From: a virus
Reading direction: 5' to 3' (one strand)
UHGV virus genome: UHGV-1692018
Length of the DNA: 19,196 nt
The notes beneath the pieces were generated by a model. That model searched no databases, was not told the DNA's origin, and worked only from the letters and a program-made list of their open reading frames with translations. This document shows positions 8,418 through 17,525 of the stretch, one piece after another (position 1 is the stretch's first letter; each line of letters begins with the position of its first letter). The position numbers and the translations under genes are program-made.

Positions 8418-9677
8418 TTACTGGTTAGCCAGTACCAGGCCGGTGAATTCCGGGACCAGTACGCTTGCGCCAGCCAGCGTGGTGAAGCGAGTCCACGTTT
8501 TGCCAGATTTAGCGTCGAATTGGTAAGCCATGATGATGGTCGCACCCTGCTCGGTCGTTGCGGTCATAACCTGCGGACCCTGGCCGGTAGGGAATGCCAA
8601 CTTGCCATACATCAGCTCAACAGAACCCTCAGCGAAGAAGATGTTGGAAGCCGCAGCCTTCTTGTTGAGGATGGTGATCGCCGCGTTTGCCACCGGATTG
8701 GCGGTAACGTTCTGGTAAGGAATAGACGCCTTATCCGCGTTGTCTGGTGGCAGAATTTTCGGGCTGATGGTAACGGTAGTGCCATTTACTGCCAGGACGC
8801 GGAATACCTGCGGCTTACCTGTATCCACCTTCTTGATCATGTGGACACTGTTAACGCCTGCGATAGTGAATGCATCGCCGACAGCCAGTACGCCAGCAGT
8901 GGATACGGTGATGTCACCCTGGCGGTTATCGGTAGGCGCGCCGTTGGAATCCATCGCGGTAACTTTGTGTTTTACTGCGCCGCCGAGAGTTACAGCGGTA
9001 GCTGAACCAGCCTTCATTGCGCCAGCATAATCAACGCGGAAACTGTCGAAGGATGCCACAGGTGGAATCTGAGCTTTCTCATAGGCTGTCAGAGTTGCAC
9101 CGACCGCATATGCGCGAGAGCCAAGCTCCTTAGCCAGGTCTTTGTAGTTGAACGGGTTGTAGAACGCCTTGCGCTGACCACCCTGAGGCACACCAATGGA
9201 CAGCATCATTGCATCAACGTCAGCCGATGCGTTCCAGAGTTCTTCGCCGAGAGTGCTACCGGTGGACGCCGATTTAATGGTGACCACGTTGGTGGAGCGA
9301 GCGACCACCTCATCGACGATCATGTTATCAACCCACGCCGCCAACTGGCGACCCGCCGCCTTGCCAGCCTGCTCTTTGTGCCACGGATCGCGCATTTCTT
9401 TTGCGTCCAGTTCGTAGATGACGTTCTCTGGCTCGCGGAAGCGAGCAGGCACCTGACGCTGAACGAGTGAGTTTGCAGTGGCCGAAGTCAGATCAAGTCC
9501 GCTCACGGTTTTCAGGTGGTAGCCCTGAGGGCGATAAACAACGTCGCCAGCGCGCTGCATTTCAATGTCGCCCGGTCGGAACTTGCTGCACTCGCGGGAA
9601 ACGACATTGGACGCCTCAAAACTATCAATGACGCTCTCAAAGAGGATTTCGAGGTCTTTTGTTAACTGGTTAGACAT
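8418..9677 (-). CDS. Major capsid (coat) protein, P22-like but divergent
   Basis: 419 aa in the coat position after the scaffold gene. A local match IEMQRAGDVVYRP resembles the P22 coat segment ASMQRSSNTIWMP. Followed by a strong terminator, as expected for the most abundant structural gene. Confidence 0.8.
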   Translation of the reverse strand: MSNQLTKDLEILFESVIDSFEASNVVSRECSKFRPGDIEMQRAGDVVYRPQGYHLKTVSGLDLTSATANSLVQRQVPARFREPENVIYELDAKEMRDPWHKEQAGKAAGRQLAAWVDNMIVDEVVARSTNVVTIKSASTGSTLGEELWNASADVDAMMLSIGVPQGGQRKAFYNPFNYKDLAKELGSRAYAVGATLTAYEKAQIPPVASFDSFRVDYAGAMKAGSATAVTLGGAVKHKVTAMDSNGAPTDNRQGDITVSTAGVLAVGDAFTIAGVNSVHMIKKVDTGKPQVFRVLAVNGTTVTISPKILPPDNADKASIPYQNVTANPVANAAITILNKKAAASNIFFAEGSVELMYGKLAFPTGQGPQVMTATTEQGATIIMAYQFDAKSGKTWTRFTTLAGASVLVPEFTGLVLANQ

Positions 9678-9697
9678 AGGTATTTAGCTCCGATGGA

Positions 9698-10594
9698 TTA
9701 TTTTTTAGCTTTGTTCTTCGCCGCCCGGTATTCGGTGTAATCACCGGTGTCGCGCGCTTTTTCGAGAAGTTTGTCGAGGTTATTGATTACTGCGCCGTTG
9801 CTCCCCTTAACTGTCGGGGTTGTGGCTGCCGTGGTTTTTGCTTTTGGCATGATTCTGGCCTTCGATTCGATACGTTCCAGCAGACGACCAATTGCTACGG
9901 GGTTGGTAGCTTCTGCCAGTTGCTTGCGCAGTTCAGCGTTGCGACCGAGTGCCAGAACAACGATTTCCGGCTTCTCTGACTCAAGAAGGATCATGTCCTG
10001 AATGTGAACAGGAACATCTTCGCGTACAGCCTGCTCTGCATCCTGGTAACCAGCCACTTTCAGTGCTTTTACTCTATGCATGTAATTGGCTGCTTTCTGC
10101 TGAAGCGTTGCGGTACGCGCCTCTTCCTCTCGTTTCCGCTCTCGTACTTGCTCCTGGTATTTGCCGTTGTCCTCCGCCCACTTAGCCATGCGTTGCTGGT
10201 AGATTTCTTCATCGAAACCGATGTCCTCATCATCCAGTTTTGGCATTCGCGGTGGTTGAGTGATTACCGGCTGCTGCTCGACGGGTTTCTGGGACTGACG
10301 CATCAGCTCTTTCAGCTCGCGGTCTTTCTCTTTAATCGTCTTGCGCAGGTGTTTTACCAGTCCATGCTCAGCGCCATCTTCGCTGGTTGGCGAATCCAGC
10401 TTTTCGTCACCAAAGTAGAATTCCTGTTCTGATTCGTCGTCATCAGTTTCAGTAGCTTCCTCTGCATCATTGCCGGAGGACTCACTGCCATCTTCTGTTT
10501 CGACTTCTTCAGCCAGTTCGACATCATCAGGAATCTGCTCTGATGTATCGGTTTCTATTTCAACTTCTGGTGTGTTTTCTGCCATCTGGTCCAT
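9698..10594 (-). CDS. Scaffolding protein
   Basis: 298 aa between the portal and coat genes; strongly acidic N-terminal third (runs of D/E), charged helical middle and basic C-terminus, typical of P22-type scaffolds. Confidence 0.75.
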   Translation of the reverse strand: MDQMAENTPEVEIETDTSEQIPDDVELAEEVETEDGSESSGNDAEEATETDDDESEQEFYFGDEKLDSPTSEDGAEHGLVKHLRKTIKEKDRELKELMRQSQKPVEQQPVITQPPRMPKLDDEDIGFDEEIYQQRMAKWAEDNGKYQEQVRERKREEEARTATLQQKAANYMHRVKALKVAGYQDAEQAVREDVPVHIQDMILLESEKPEIVVLALGRNAELRKQLAEATNPVAIGRLLERIESKARIMPKAKTTAATTPTVKGSNGAVINNLDKLLEKARDTGDYTEYRAAKNKAKK

Positions 10595-10684
10595 TTGTTA
10601 CCCCTGTTTACTCGATGTTCAGCCCATCGGAAGGCAATAGGGTGCCAGGCCTCATAAAGACAGCCATTGCACGTTATTGGTTAA

Positions 10685-12883
10685 TTACTGCTGTGATTGT
10701 TGCTGGGTTGATTTTTGCAGGATGCTGCTGATGTCCATTCGCTGCGCATGACCCTGTGCCTGACTTTTCAGGACAAGCTCTGCATCAGCACGGGCATTGT
10801 CTCCTTGCTGTTGCTGGAACTGTCCGAGCAGTTTCAGAGCCTCGCGGATATCAGATTTCTGCTGGCTATCGGCAGATGCGAGGATTTTCACAACGTTTGC
10901 CGCTGCAACCTGAGCATCAGTCTGTGCCTGGAATGCTTTAACCTGAATGGCTGCCTGTTCGTTCTGCGCTTTCTGCAATTCAGCCTGACCTGCAAGAAGC
11001 TGACCTTGCGCTGCAACCATAGCCGGATCTGGCTGACTGGCCTGTTGTTGTTTCGCCTGTTCAACCATCTGCTGTTCTTCAGGCGTTCTCGGCTTGATAA
11101 CGCCAGACAGAAGCAACTGATTGCGGTTGTATTCTTTAAGGTCGTCCATCCCTTCGCCGTCCATATTGTCGAGAATCATCGACGATACAAGGTCGTGCTT
11201 CTGCGTTCCTGGTGGGATAAGTGCCAGCATGGAAAGTAACGACTTAACCGTTGCATCACGGCGAGTAGCGAACGACTGACCGACATCGACAGTCACTTCA
11301 TAGTTGCCCTGCGAAAGGTCATTAAGCGCGATAACCTGCCCTGTCTGACGGTCAACCACTTCACCAGTCATCAGCGCCACGTCATCGCTGCCGTCCTCAT
11401 TAACGATACGCATCGGCGTATCACTGCCATAGACCTCACGCGCCATAGAAAGCCACACAACGCCAGCGCGACGCATGGATTTAGCCATGTTGTCCATGTA
11501 GATATAGGACTGCGTGTCCATCCGGTTAAAGATGCTATCAACGGTATCGGTGGCGACGTTGCTCGGCATGTTCTCAAGCTGCGACGCACCTGTAATTTGC
11601 TGAATAGCCGTTCCGGTGTACTGCAATAGCCCGGCAAGAGCAGGAGGCATTTGTGTCGGAGGTGTATAACTGCTGACCTGAGCCTGCGCAGTAATATCTC
11701 CGTTTTTGTTTTTCAGACTGACCATCGGCAGGAACGCCGGGCGCTTTTTGTTGCGCTCCGCCCAATGAGTGGCAAGAGGACCAGGAATCATGTCAACATC
11801 AACTACAGGAATGCCATCACCGCCAGCCTGAGTGGCGTTATCTGCAATCATGGAAACCATCAGGTTCTCAAGACGCTGTGCATCCATCGCTTTTGCTGCG
11901 TGGCCTTCGATTCGCTCCTGATTATCAACAAATGAACGACGCCCATATACCGGGATGAGAGGAATATGTTCGCCCGGAATACGCTTCGGTTCTTCCAGCC
12001 ATTCAGCGCCAGACAGAAGACCGCAATAAACTCGGCGTTTCTTCACCGTTCGCTCGCCAATCAGTTCGAATGCACCATCGGTCAGCTCGTCGACAATATC
12101 TTTGATTTGCTCTTCATCATAGATTGCCGTTTCTCCGCTGACAGGGTTACGCCATGCTGTGAGCTTCACCTTCTCTATGCGGACTTCGTAGTAGCGTCCA
12201 ACATAGATGGCGTCAGGCGTTGACCAGTCATACTGAGTACCAGTGTCATCACGAGAAAGGCTTGCCGCGATGGAATCAGGGTATTCAGCCTCGAACGCTT
12301 TAGGCGTCATGGAGAACATTTCCATAGCCCACATAGCATCAGAGCGGTCATATTGCTTGCTGTCCTGATCGAAGAAGACGCATGTCGCTGGGTCGTAAAC
12401 CGGGAGAAGGCTTATACGGCGTTGCTCGTTACTCGGATCCATTTCATCTTCGTAATCGGCACACATGCGGAAACAACCGAATCCGCCCGTTACAGCATCA
12501 TCAAATGCGTTATCACACGCTTCGCCACCGGATGTTTCCTGATAGTCAGCGCGGAATTTTCCGTTCATCTTTTCGGCTAACGCTTCCGATGCCTTATCGT
12601 CCTTCGGCCTGAATTTAACGCTGATGCGATTCTGTCGATACTCGCCAATGATGCGATCACATTCACGGGAAATCTTATTCAGTTCAAAGCGCGGGTAATG
12701 CTCAAACCTGCCTTCATCAAATGAGTAACCAGCGTTTGTGCTGCCTTCCCACTGTGCGCCGGATACCCGGACGAAACGTTGAGCCTCAATAATCTGCTCA
12801 CGCATATCCTGCGTTGCTGACCAGGCATTATCAAAGTTGCACAGCACCCTGCGATGCCAGTCAGTCATCTTTTTTTCAGCCAT
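10685..12883 (-). CDS. Portal protein, P22 gp1-like
   Basis: 732 aa following the large terminase; the Gln/Ala-rich C-terminal region (AQGQLLAGQAELQKAQNEQ...) resembles the C-terminal helical barrel of P22 portal as recalled. Confidence 0.85.
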   Translation of the reverse strand: MAEKKMTDWHRRVLCNFDNAWSATQDMREQIIEAQRFVRVSGAQWEGSTNAGYSFDEGRFEHYPRFELNKISRECDRIIGEYRQNRISVKFRPKDDKASEALAEKMNGKFRADYQETSGGEACDNAFDDAVTGGFGCFRMCADYEDEMDPSNEQRRISLLPVYDPATCVFFDQDSKQYDRSDAMWAMEMFSMTPKAFEAEYPDSIAASLSRDDTGTQYDWSTPDAIYVGRYYEVRIEKVKLTAWRNPVSGETAIYDEEQIKDIVDELTDGAFELIGERTVKKRRVYCGLLSGAEWLEEPKRIPGEHIPLIPVYGRRSFVDNQERIEGHAAKAMDAQRLENLMVSMIADNATQAGGDGIPVVDVDMIPGPLATHWAERNKKRPAFLPMVSLKNKNGDITAQAQVSSYTPPTQMPPALAGLLQYTGTAIQQITGASQLENMPSNVATDTVDSIFNRMDTQSYIYMDNMAKSMRRAGVVWLSMAREVYGSDTPMRIVNEDGSDDVALMTGEVVDRQTGQVIALNDLSQGNYEVTVDVGQSFATRRDATVKSLLSMLALIPPGTQKHDLVSSMILDNMDGEGMDDLKEYNRNQLLLSGVIKPRTPEEQQMVEQAKQQQASQPDPAMVAAQGQLLAGQAELQKAQNEQAAIQVKAFQAQTDAQVAAANVVKILASADSQQKSDIREALKLLGQFQQQQGDNARADAELVLKSQAQGHAQRMDISSILQKSTQQQSQQ

Positions 12884-12884
12884 A

Positions 12885-14300
12885 TCAACCTACACCACAA
12901 GGAATTGAGTAACTGGAATAGTCGGGTTGCGCAGCCGACTCCGGGCAATGCATACACATCATCAGCGCATCAGCCAGGTTAGGAGATGGAATACCGAGCT
13001 TCTGCTTCATTTCGACCTTAGTCATAAGCTCCAGCTTCCCGTTGTTATTGAATTTGCGCTGAATCTGCGTCAGTTCTGCAAATAGCTTCTCCAGCATCTT
13101 CTCGCCTATCGCTTCTTTGTCGAAACTCAGCATGTCGTCGGGGTCTGCATACTCACCGTGAACAACCGCCCGATATGTCAGATACAGCCTGTCAGCCAGC
13201 GCGTAATAGAATTGCGCTCGCTTATTGCGGAACACATCGCCAATAGTGCGAACGTTGTCACCCTGTACGACTTCATCAGCCCATGCTCCGGCTTGATACG
13301 GTGCATCTTCATCGAATGGCGATTCGCTGCCCTTGAACATCGTGGCGGTGATTTTCTTGCCGGAGAACGCTTCCGTTGTCTGTCTGCGTAGCCCGGCACC
13401 AACACCATCACCATCCCACAGGTAATGGTCAGCGCCGTCTTCAATCGCCAGCGAAGTAGCCCAGTCAGCACCTTCATTGATGTCCATCAGCAGACCTTCG
13501 GCAATGCGCTTAACTACCGAACCGTGGCGCGATGCATAACCTTTAGCATCCGGTCCTGTATCTGACGGGTCATGCGCAGAGACAACAGCGCCTTTCGCCT
13601 TCCATCCGAGTTTCTTGTGCGCATCGGTTGCGGCTTCAAGCCATTCACGTTTGATAATTGCCATATCACTTGCGCTCACTGGCTCACCAAGCCAGATGTG
13701 ACGATACAGTGTCGGATTTCTGCGTTTACACTCTTCCATCTCCAGACGGAGAACTTCAGGAAAGTGCGGGTTGTCGGTGTAGTTCACCGTCAGCAGGCAA
13801 ATATCATCGGGAGGATTTACAACGAATCGCTGATAGGTATCGTCGAGGATGTTCTTAGGGTTGAAACTCACCCATATTTCGGAAAACGGCTTGCGGATGG
13901 TTGGTATCAGGATATCCCATGATTCCTTCGTTACCGCTTCCGCTTCTTCCACCCAGCAGATATCAATGCCTTCGAGCGATTTAATCTTCGTCGGGTTGTT
14001 TTTGATGCCGTAGAACATGAACTCAGCATTCGTTCCGAGATGACGAATCATGGAACGCTGAATTTCAAACTCAGCCGAATATCCTTCACGCTCGATGGTG
14101 TCTTCAAGCAGCCGGATTACCGAATCGCTGATACTGTTTTGCAGTTCACGAGCGCAGAGAATACGCACTGGCTGACGACGCGCCGCTTCAACAAGCAGCC
14201 TCGCAATTGCCCATGATTTACCGCTACCTCGACCGCCTTTGGCGACTTTGTAGCGATGCGCCTCAATGAACGGTTCAAAGATAGGATTAATCGAGGTCAT
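12885..14300 (-). CDS. Terminase large subunit
   Basis: 471 aa; Walker A P-loop at the N-terminus (VAKGGRGSGKSWAIARLL); 4-nt overlap with the small-subunit gene upstream, portal gene immediately downstream. Confidence 0.9.
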   Translation of the reverse strand: MTSINPIFEPFIEAHRYKVAKGGRGSGKSWAIARLLVEAARRQPVRILCARELQNSISDSVIRLLEDTIEREGYSAEFEIQRSMIRHLGTNAEFMFYGIKNNPTKIKSLEGIDICWVEEAEAVTKESWDILIPTIRKPFSEIWVSFNPKNILDDTYQRFVVNPPDDICLLTVNYTDNPHFPEVLRLEMEECKRRNPTLYRHIWLGEPVSASDMAIIKREWLEAATDAHKKLGWKAKGAVVSAHDPSDTGPDAKGYASRHGSVVKRIAEGLLMDINEGADWATSLAIEDGADHYLWDGDGVGAGLRRQTTEAFSGKKITATMFKGSESPFDEDAPYQAGAWADEVVQGDNVRTIGDVFRNKRAQFYYALADRLYLTYRAVVHGEYADPDDMLSFDKEAIGEKMLEKLFAELTQIQRKFNNNGKLELMTKVEMKQKLGIPSPNLADALMMCMHCPESAAQPDYSSYSIPCGVG

Positions 14301-14737
14301 TTTCCGAACAGAGTGCTCATCGGTGATGTTTCAATCTGGATTGCGCCGCCGTCTTTGCCTGTTAGCTCGTGATCAACCTTGTCGCGCCATTTATCCTTCT
14401 GTCGGTTCTTAAGCCAGAAGATGGCAGCTGTTGTATCAGGCGGGTAATACTTCTCAAGAGGAGTTTCGACAATTCTGTTTTCAATAACACGAATATCGAT
14501 GTCTGGAGCCACGAAGCCCATAGCGCGTTGATAAAGACGATCACTAACTTCTGCATCAGCGACTGCCTTACCCTTTTTTATGGACTCTAAAAACTCCGGA
14601 TATTCCAATTTCCAATTGTTGATTGTTGCCTCGCTAACTTCAAAGAAGTCCGCGAGTTCGGCGTCTGTACAGCCCAGCAAGCACAGTTTGCGTGCCTGTT
14701 CGGCATACGCCTCTTGATACTTTGTTGGGCGCGCCAT
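14297..14737 (-). CDS. Terminase small subunit
   Basis: 146 aa immediately upstream of and overlapping the large terminase; N-terminal HTH-like region (ELADFFEVSEATINNWKLEYPEF) typical of small terminases. Confidence 0.75.
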   Translation of the reverse strand: MARPTKYQEAYAEQARKLCLLGCTDAELADFFEVSEATINNWKLEYPEFLESIKKGKAVADAEVSDRLYQRAMGFVAPDIDIRVIENRIVETPLEKYYPPDTTAAIFWLKNRQKDKWRDKVDHELTGKDGGAIQIETSPMSTLFGK

Positions 14738-14739
14738 GT

Positions 14740-14982
14740 TTATGCTCCGGTAGTGAACAGGTCTAACGCTTCCTTCGATTTACGCACCGCTTCGATAGTG
14801 CGGGTCGTGATATCTGAATTAGCGCCGCCTGACTGGAAGTGAATTTTGAATAGCTCAAGCTTCAGCTCGTCAGTGCCAATGAACTGAAATGCTTCCTCTG
14901 CGGCTGCGTTCTGGTTCATGACCAGCTTGTAAATCTCTAACTGGAATTTCTGTTCTTCAGTCATGGGAATAATCTCTGCCAT
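14740..14982 (-). CDS. Hypothetical 80-aa protein translationally coupled to the terminase genes (P22 orf80-like position)
   Basis: GGAG 6 nt upstream of the ATG at 14982; stop abuts the small terminase start; no recognisable motifs. Confidence 0.55.
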   Translation of the reverse strand: MAEIIPMTEEQKFQLEIYKLVMNQNAAAEEAFQFIGTDELKLELFKIHFQSGGANSDITTRTIEAVRKSKEALDLFTTGA

Positions 14983-15003
14983 TGTTGGCTCCGTTTATCC
15001 GTT

Positions 15004-15029
15004 AAAAGGGATATCAGTTAAGTTATCCC
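15004..15029 (-). terminator. Weak terminator-like hairpin upstream of the 80-aa ORF
   Basis: Minus-strand GGGAUA, 10-nt loop, UAUCCC, followed by UUUU; short AU-containing stem, so weak. Confidence 0.3.
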
Positions 15030-15334
15030 GTGTAGGGTATAAGCCATTGTCGAGACCACTCATTGAATGGTCTCTGCAATAACCGATGTCTTTCCATCAG
15101 TCCGCCACCACAAAGAATCTTTTTTGCCATAAGGCAGGAGGTTCATCTTTCAGTGGCTGCCAGTGTTATTTCCCCACTTACTGGCTTGGGTTGCTTCGTG
15201 GTACTGCCGCAACTGGTGGTGCACAGATTTAGTTAAATCTGTTCTCGCCTGAACTATCTTTTACATACCCGGATTGTGGGGATGTAAATCACGGTTTCAT
15301 TATCAAGCCCACCCGTAGATAGGCTTTGTAATGG

Positions 15335-15592
15335 CTACTTCGCTTTTGCTTCCGCTCGCTTACGCCGGCGCTCTTCTTTCCTCTCGGCTTTTGCCATGTC
15401 CATGAATGCCTGCATGATCGAGTTCCGCATCATGTAGCTAACAAAGTGATGATTGACACAGCCGTTGAGGCGCAGCTGCTCGCCAAACTCATCCACCGAG
15501 GCCAATGCTTCCATCATGCCCTTCTCGCCTTTCATGAACTCTGAGAAGTCGCGCCCCGCTCTGGAGGCGCATTCAATAACACGATCACTCAT
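15335..15592 (-). CDS. Hypothetical 85-aa protein with basic C-terminal tail, coupled to the KilA-N/Bro-N gene
   Basis: ATGA start/stop overlap with the upstream gene; C-terminus ERKEERRRKRAEAKAK is highly basic; no recognisable domain. Confidence 0.5.
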   Translation of the reverse strand: MSDRVIECASRAGRDFSEFMKGEKGMMEALASVDEFGEQLRLNGCVNHHFVSYMMRNSIMQAFMDMAKAERKEERRRKRAEAKAK

Positions 15593-16086
15593 CCCGGAAG
15601 CCCGGGGATCGTAATCTGCAGCTGGTTAGCCAGGGAGTTAATCTCAGCGACCAACACTGGCTTCGTATAGCGCCATGCTGCCAGCCCTTGTCCGCAGAAG
15701 CTCGCCATGTCTTTCTTCTGGTCAAACTCATGACATTTCATGTTGAGCTGCGCACTTAAGCTGTTGCGATGCTGAAGTTCTCCGGTGAAGTAGTCATCCA
15801 GGACTTTATAGGCTGCATATTTAAATCCGGGGTTTAGCCATGCTGCATAATCATAAGCAACAAACTTCCCGCCATATGTTCCACCGTGTACACCGCGCTC
15901 AGTAAAAACCACAGATTCGTGGTTTTTCTCCAGCTCGGCTAAGAACTCTTTGGTCTGCTTGTTTCGCAGGTAGTGGTACGGAGATTCAGATTCACTTTTA
16001 CCACTGGCTTTCCACATATCAGTGAGGCAGATCATTCCTGATTCATCAACACGGATCGGTGTATTAAAAAGCGTGATTGCTTTCAT
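15589..16086 (-). CDS. KilA-N/Bro-N-type (antirepressor-like) DNA-binding domain protein; moron-like insertion between lysis and terminase genes
   Basis: The listed 222-aa ORF starts at 16257 inside an upstream terminator; the likely start is the ATG at 16086 (MKAITLFNTPIRVDESGMICLTDMWKASG...), about 165 aa. The N-terminal pattern F..iR....G.....tD..ka.G fits the KilA-N/Bro-N consensus as recalled. Confidence 0.6.
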   Translation of the reverse strand: MKAITLFNTPIRVDESGMICLTDMWKASGKSESESPYHYLRNKQTKEFLAELEKNHESVVFTERGVHGGTYGGKFVAYDYAAWLNPGFKYAAYKVLDDYFTGELQHRNSLSAQLNMKCHEFDQKKDMASFCGQGLAAWRYTKPVLVAEINSLANQLQITIPGLPG

Positions 16087-16230
16087 AGCGTCTTTACCTT
16101 TTAGAAAGTGAGCCTGTCTCACAGAAAAGCCGCCCGAGAGAGGTCGCCACCTATAACGGCATTTCTCAGGCTCGCTTACTGAAAGGCTCTCGTTAATATG
16201 CGCGTGAGATGCGCTGTGAAATTCAGATAT

Positions 16231-16253
16231 AAAAAAGCCCCGCATCGCGAGGC
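16231..16253 (-). terminator. Intrinsic terminator downstream of Rz
   Basis: Minus-strand GCCUCGC-GAU-GCGGGGC (7-bp stem with one G.U pair) followed by UUUUUU, about 30 nt after the Rz stop. Confidence 0.6.
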
Positions 16254-16285
16254 TCATTAAATGGACTTTGTGATTTGCAAAAAAA

Positions 16286-16723
16286 TTATTTCAGGCATTG
16301 CGTCCTGATGTATTCCTGCAGGTAGTTAACCTGCGCGGTTATCTTGTCGATTCCACTTCGGAGACGGTAATAATTGAGTTCAGCATCTGCTGTAAGTCCT
16401 GGGCTTTCTCCATCGCCCATGCCGCTGGCTCCGGTCGTTGACTTTGCACAGGTGGCGGCGACTTGCAGGCGCTTACGCCCAGCAGAAACATCAGCACGGA
16501 GACTTTCGATAGTCGCGTTAGCATCAGCAAGCTCCTTTGTGTATCTGGCGTCGAGTTCTGCTACATCACGTTGACGCTTCTGCATATCAGCGATGATGGA
16601 TGTGGCTTTATCGCGCTGCTCTTTGTAGGTCATGGCGTTATCACGGTAATGATTAACAGCCCATGACAGGCAGACGATGATGCAGATAACCAGAGCGGAG
16701 ATAATCGCGGTTACCCTGCTCAT
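16286..16723 (-). CDS. Rz: Rz-type i-spanin (inner-membrane spanin)
   Basis: The ATG at 16723 overlaps the endolysin stop (ATGA). N-terminal transmembrane segment ([18 protein letters not shown]) followed by a charged, probably coiled-coil periplasmic region. An Rz1-like ORF is embedded in the +1 frame. Confidence 0.8.
   Translation of the reverse strand: MSRVTAIISALVICIIVCLSWAVNHYRDNAMTYKEQRDKATSIIADMQKRQRDVAELDARYTKELADANATIESLRADVSAGRKRLQVAATCAKSTTGASGMGDGESPGLTADAELNYYRLRSGIDKITAQVNYLQEYIRTQCLK
16339..16530 (-). CDS. Rz1: Rz1-type o-spanin (outer-membrane lipoprotein) embedded within Rz
   Basis: Lies wholly inside Rz in another frame. Signal peptide with lipobox VSAC (FLLGVSAC) followed by a Pro-rich mature region ([16 protein letters not shown]), the classic Rz1 signature. 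Confidence 0.8.
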   Translation of the reverse strand: MLMLTRLSKVSVLMFLLGVSACKSPPPVQSQRPEPAAWAMEKAQDLQQMLNSIITVSEVESTR

Positions 16724-17223
16724 TGCTGCCCCCACAAACAGACTTCACGCTCAATATCACGACGGGTCATCAGTCCTTTCCATTGCTTACCGCCAGCGTA
16801 TGTCCAGCGACGTAGTTGATCACATGCACCTTTGATATCGCCCTGGTTGATTTTGCGAAGAAGCGTCGATGTTCTGAAATTGCCAGCGCCCACGTTGTAA
16901 ACGAACGAGTAAAGAGCGCCGCGCGTTGTTTCCGGTATATCGACTTTGATGTACGGGTTAATTTGTCTGGCGACCGTGGCAAGGTCTTTATTCAGGAGGG
17001 CTTTGCATTCTGCTTCGGTATACGTTTTACCGAGCATGATGTCTTTTCCTGTATGCCCGTAACATACAGTCCATACACCAACAATATCTTTGTATGGTAT
17101 GTAGCTGACACCTTCCAGGCCATCGTTACCACTTGGTCCAGTGATTAACACAGATGCTATAGCAATAGCCCCGCCACTTATCGCCGCTATTACGCTATTT
17201 CGTAGTGCCGGTGACATTGCCAT
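16720..17223 (-). CDS. SAR endolysin (signal-anchor-release lysozyme, T4-lysozyme/GH24-like)
   Basis: N-terminal Gly/Ala-rich weakly hydrophobic segment ([20 protein letters not shown]) followed by a catalytic region with the E-8 residues-D-5 residues-T pattern ([17 protein letters not shown]), as in P1 Lyz and phage 21 R. Confidence 0.85.
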   Translation of the reverse strand: MAMSPALRNSVIAAISGGAIAIASVLITGPSGNDGLEGVSYIPYKDIVGVWTVCYGHTGKDIMLGKTYTEAECKALLNKDLATVARQINPYIKVDIPETTRGALYSFVYNVGAGNFRTSTLLRKINQGDIKGACDQLRRWTYAGGKQWKGLMTRRDIEREVCLWGQQ

Positions 17224-17398
17224 TCAATCTGTCCTCGCGCTCTTTGCGCTTGTAGTACCAGTTGATGCCAAATGTGCCGACAGTACAAAGAATACCAATG
17301 ATGACAGCCCAGTCATTCAGGGAGAGAATGCCACCCATCGCAGTCAGTCCTCCGAAGCTGTAACTGAACCATTCTCTGATTTTGTCCATACGGTACAT
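17195..17398 (-). CDS. Pinholin-type (class II, S21-like) holin with dual-start motif
   Basis: 67 aa; starts MYRMDKI, compared with phage 21 S MKSMDKI as recalled. Gly-rich first hydrophobic segment ([13 protein letters not shown]), second transmembrane segment ([18 protein letters not shown]), basic C-terminus. Paired with a SAR endolysin. Confidence 0.7.
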   Translation of the reverse strand: MYRMDKIREWFSYSFGGLTAMGGILSLNDWAVIIGILCTVGTFGINWYYKRKEREDRLNGNVTGTTK

Positions 17399-17525
17399 GC
17401 TCTACCCCTTCATTGAGGGGATTTGCTCTATTTAATTAGGAATAAGGTCGATTACTGATAGAACAAATCCAGGCTACTGTGTTTAGTAATCAGATTTGTT
17501 CGTGACCGATATGCACGGGCAAAAC

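Noticed and set aside
8142-9005. 287-aa plus-strand ORF, with other long plus-strand ORFs at 10715..11239, 5299..5823 and 10004..10432
   Set aside because: All lie antisense to well-supported virion genes (coat, gp4, portal, gp14/needle), lack convincing ribosome-binding sites and have no recognisable motifs; typical spurious antisense ORFs in GC-rich coding DNA.
15052-15074. Perfect 7-bp hairpin GAGACCA/TGGTCTC as an intrinsic terminator
   Set aside because: Not followed by a U-tract on either strand, so not called as a terminator; kept only as part of the structured-gap finding.
16087-16257. N-terminal extension of the KilA-N/Bro-N ORF to 222 aa
   Set aside because: The extension would start inside the upstream terminator hairpin and has no ribosome-binding site; the ATG at 16086 has a plausible SD and begins exactly at the conserved domain.
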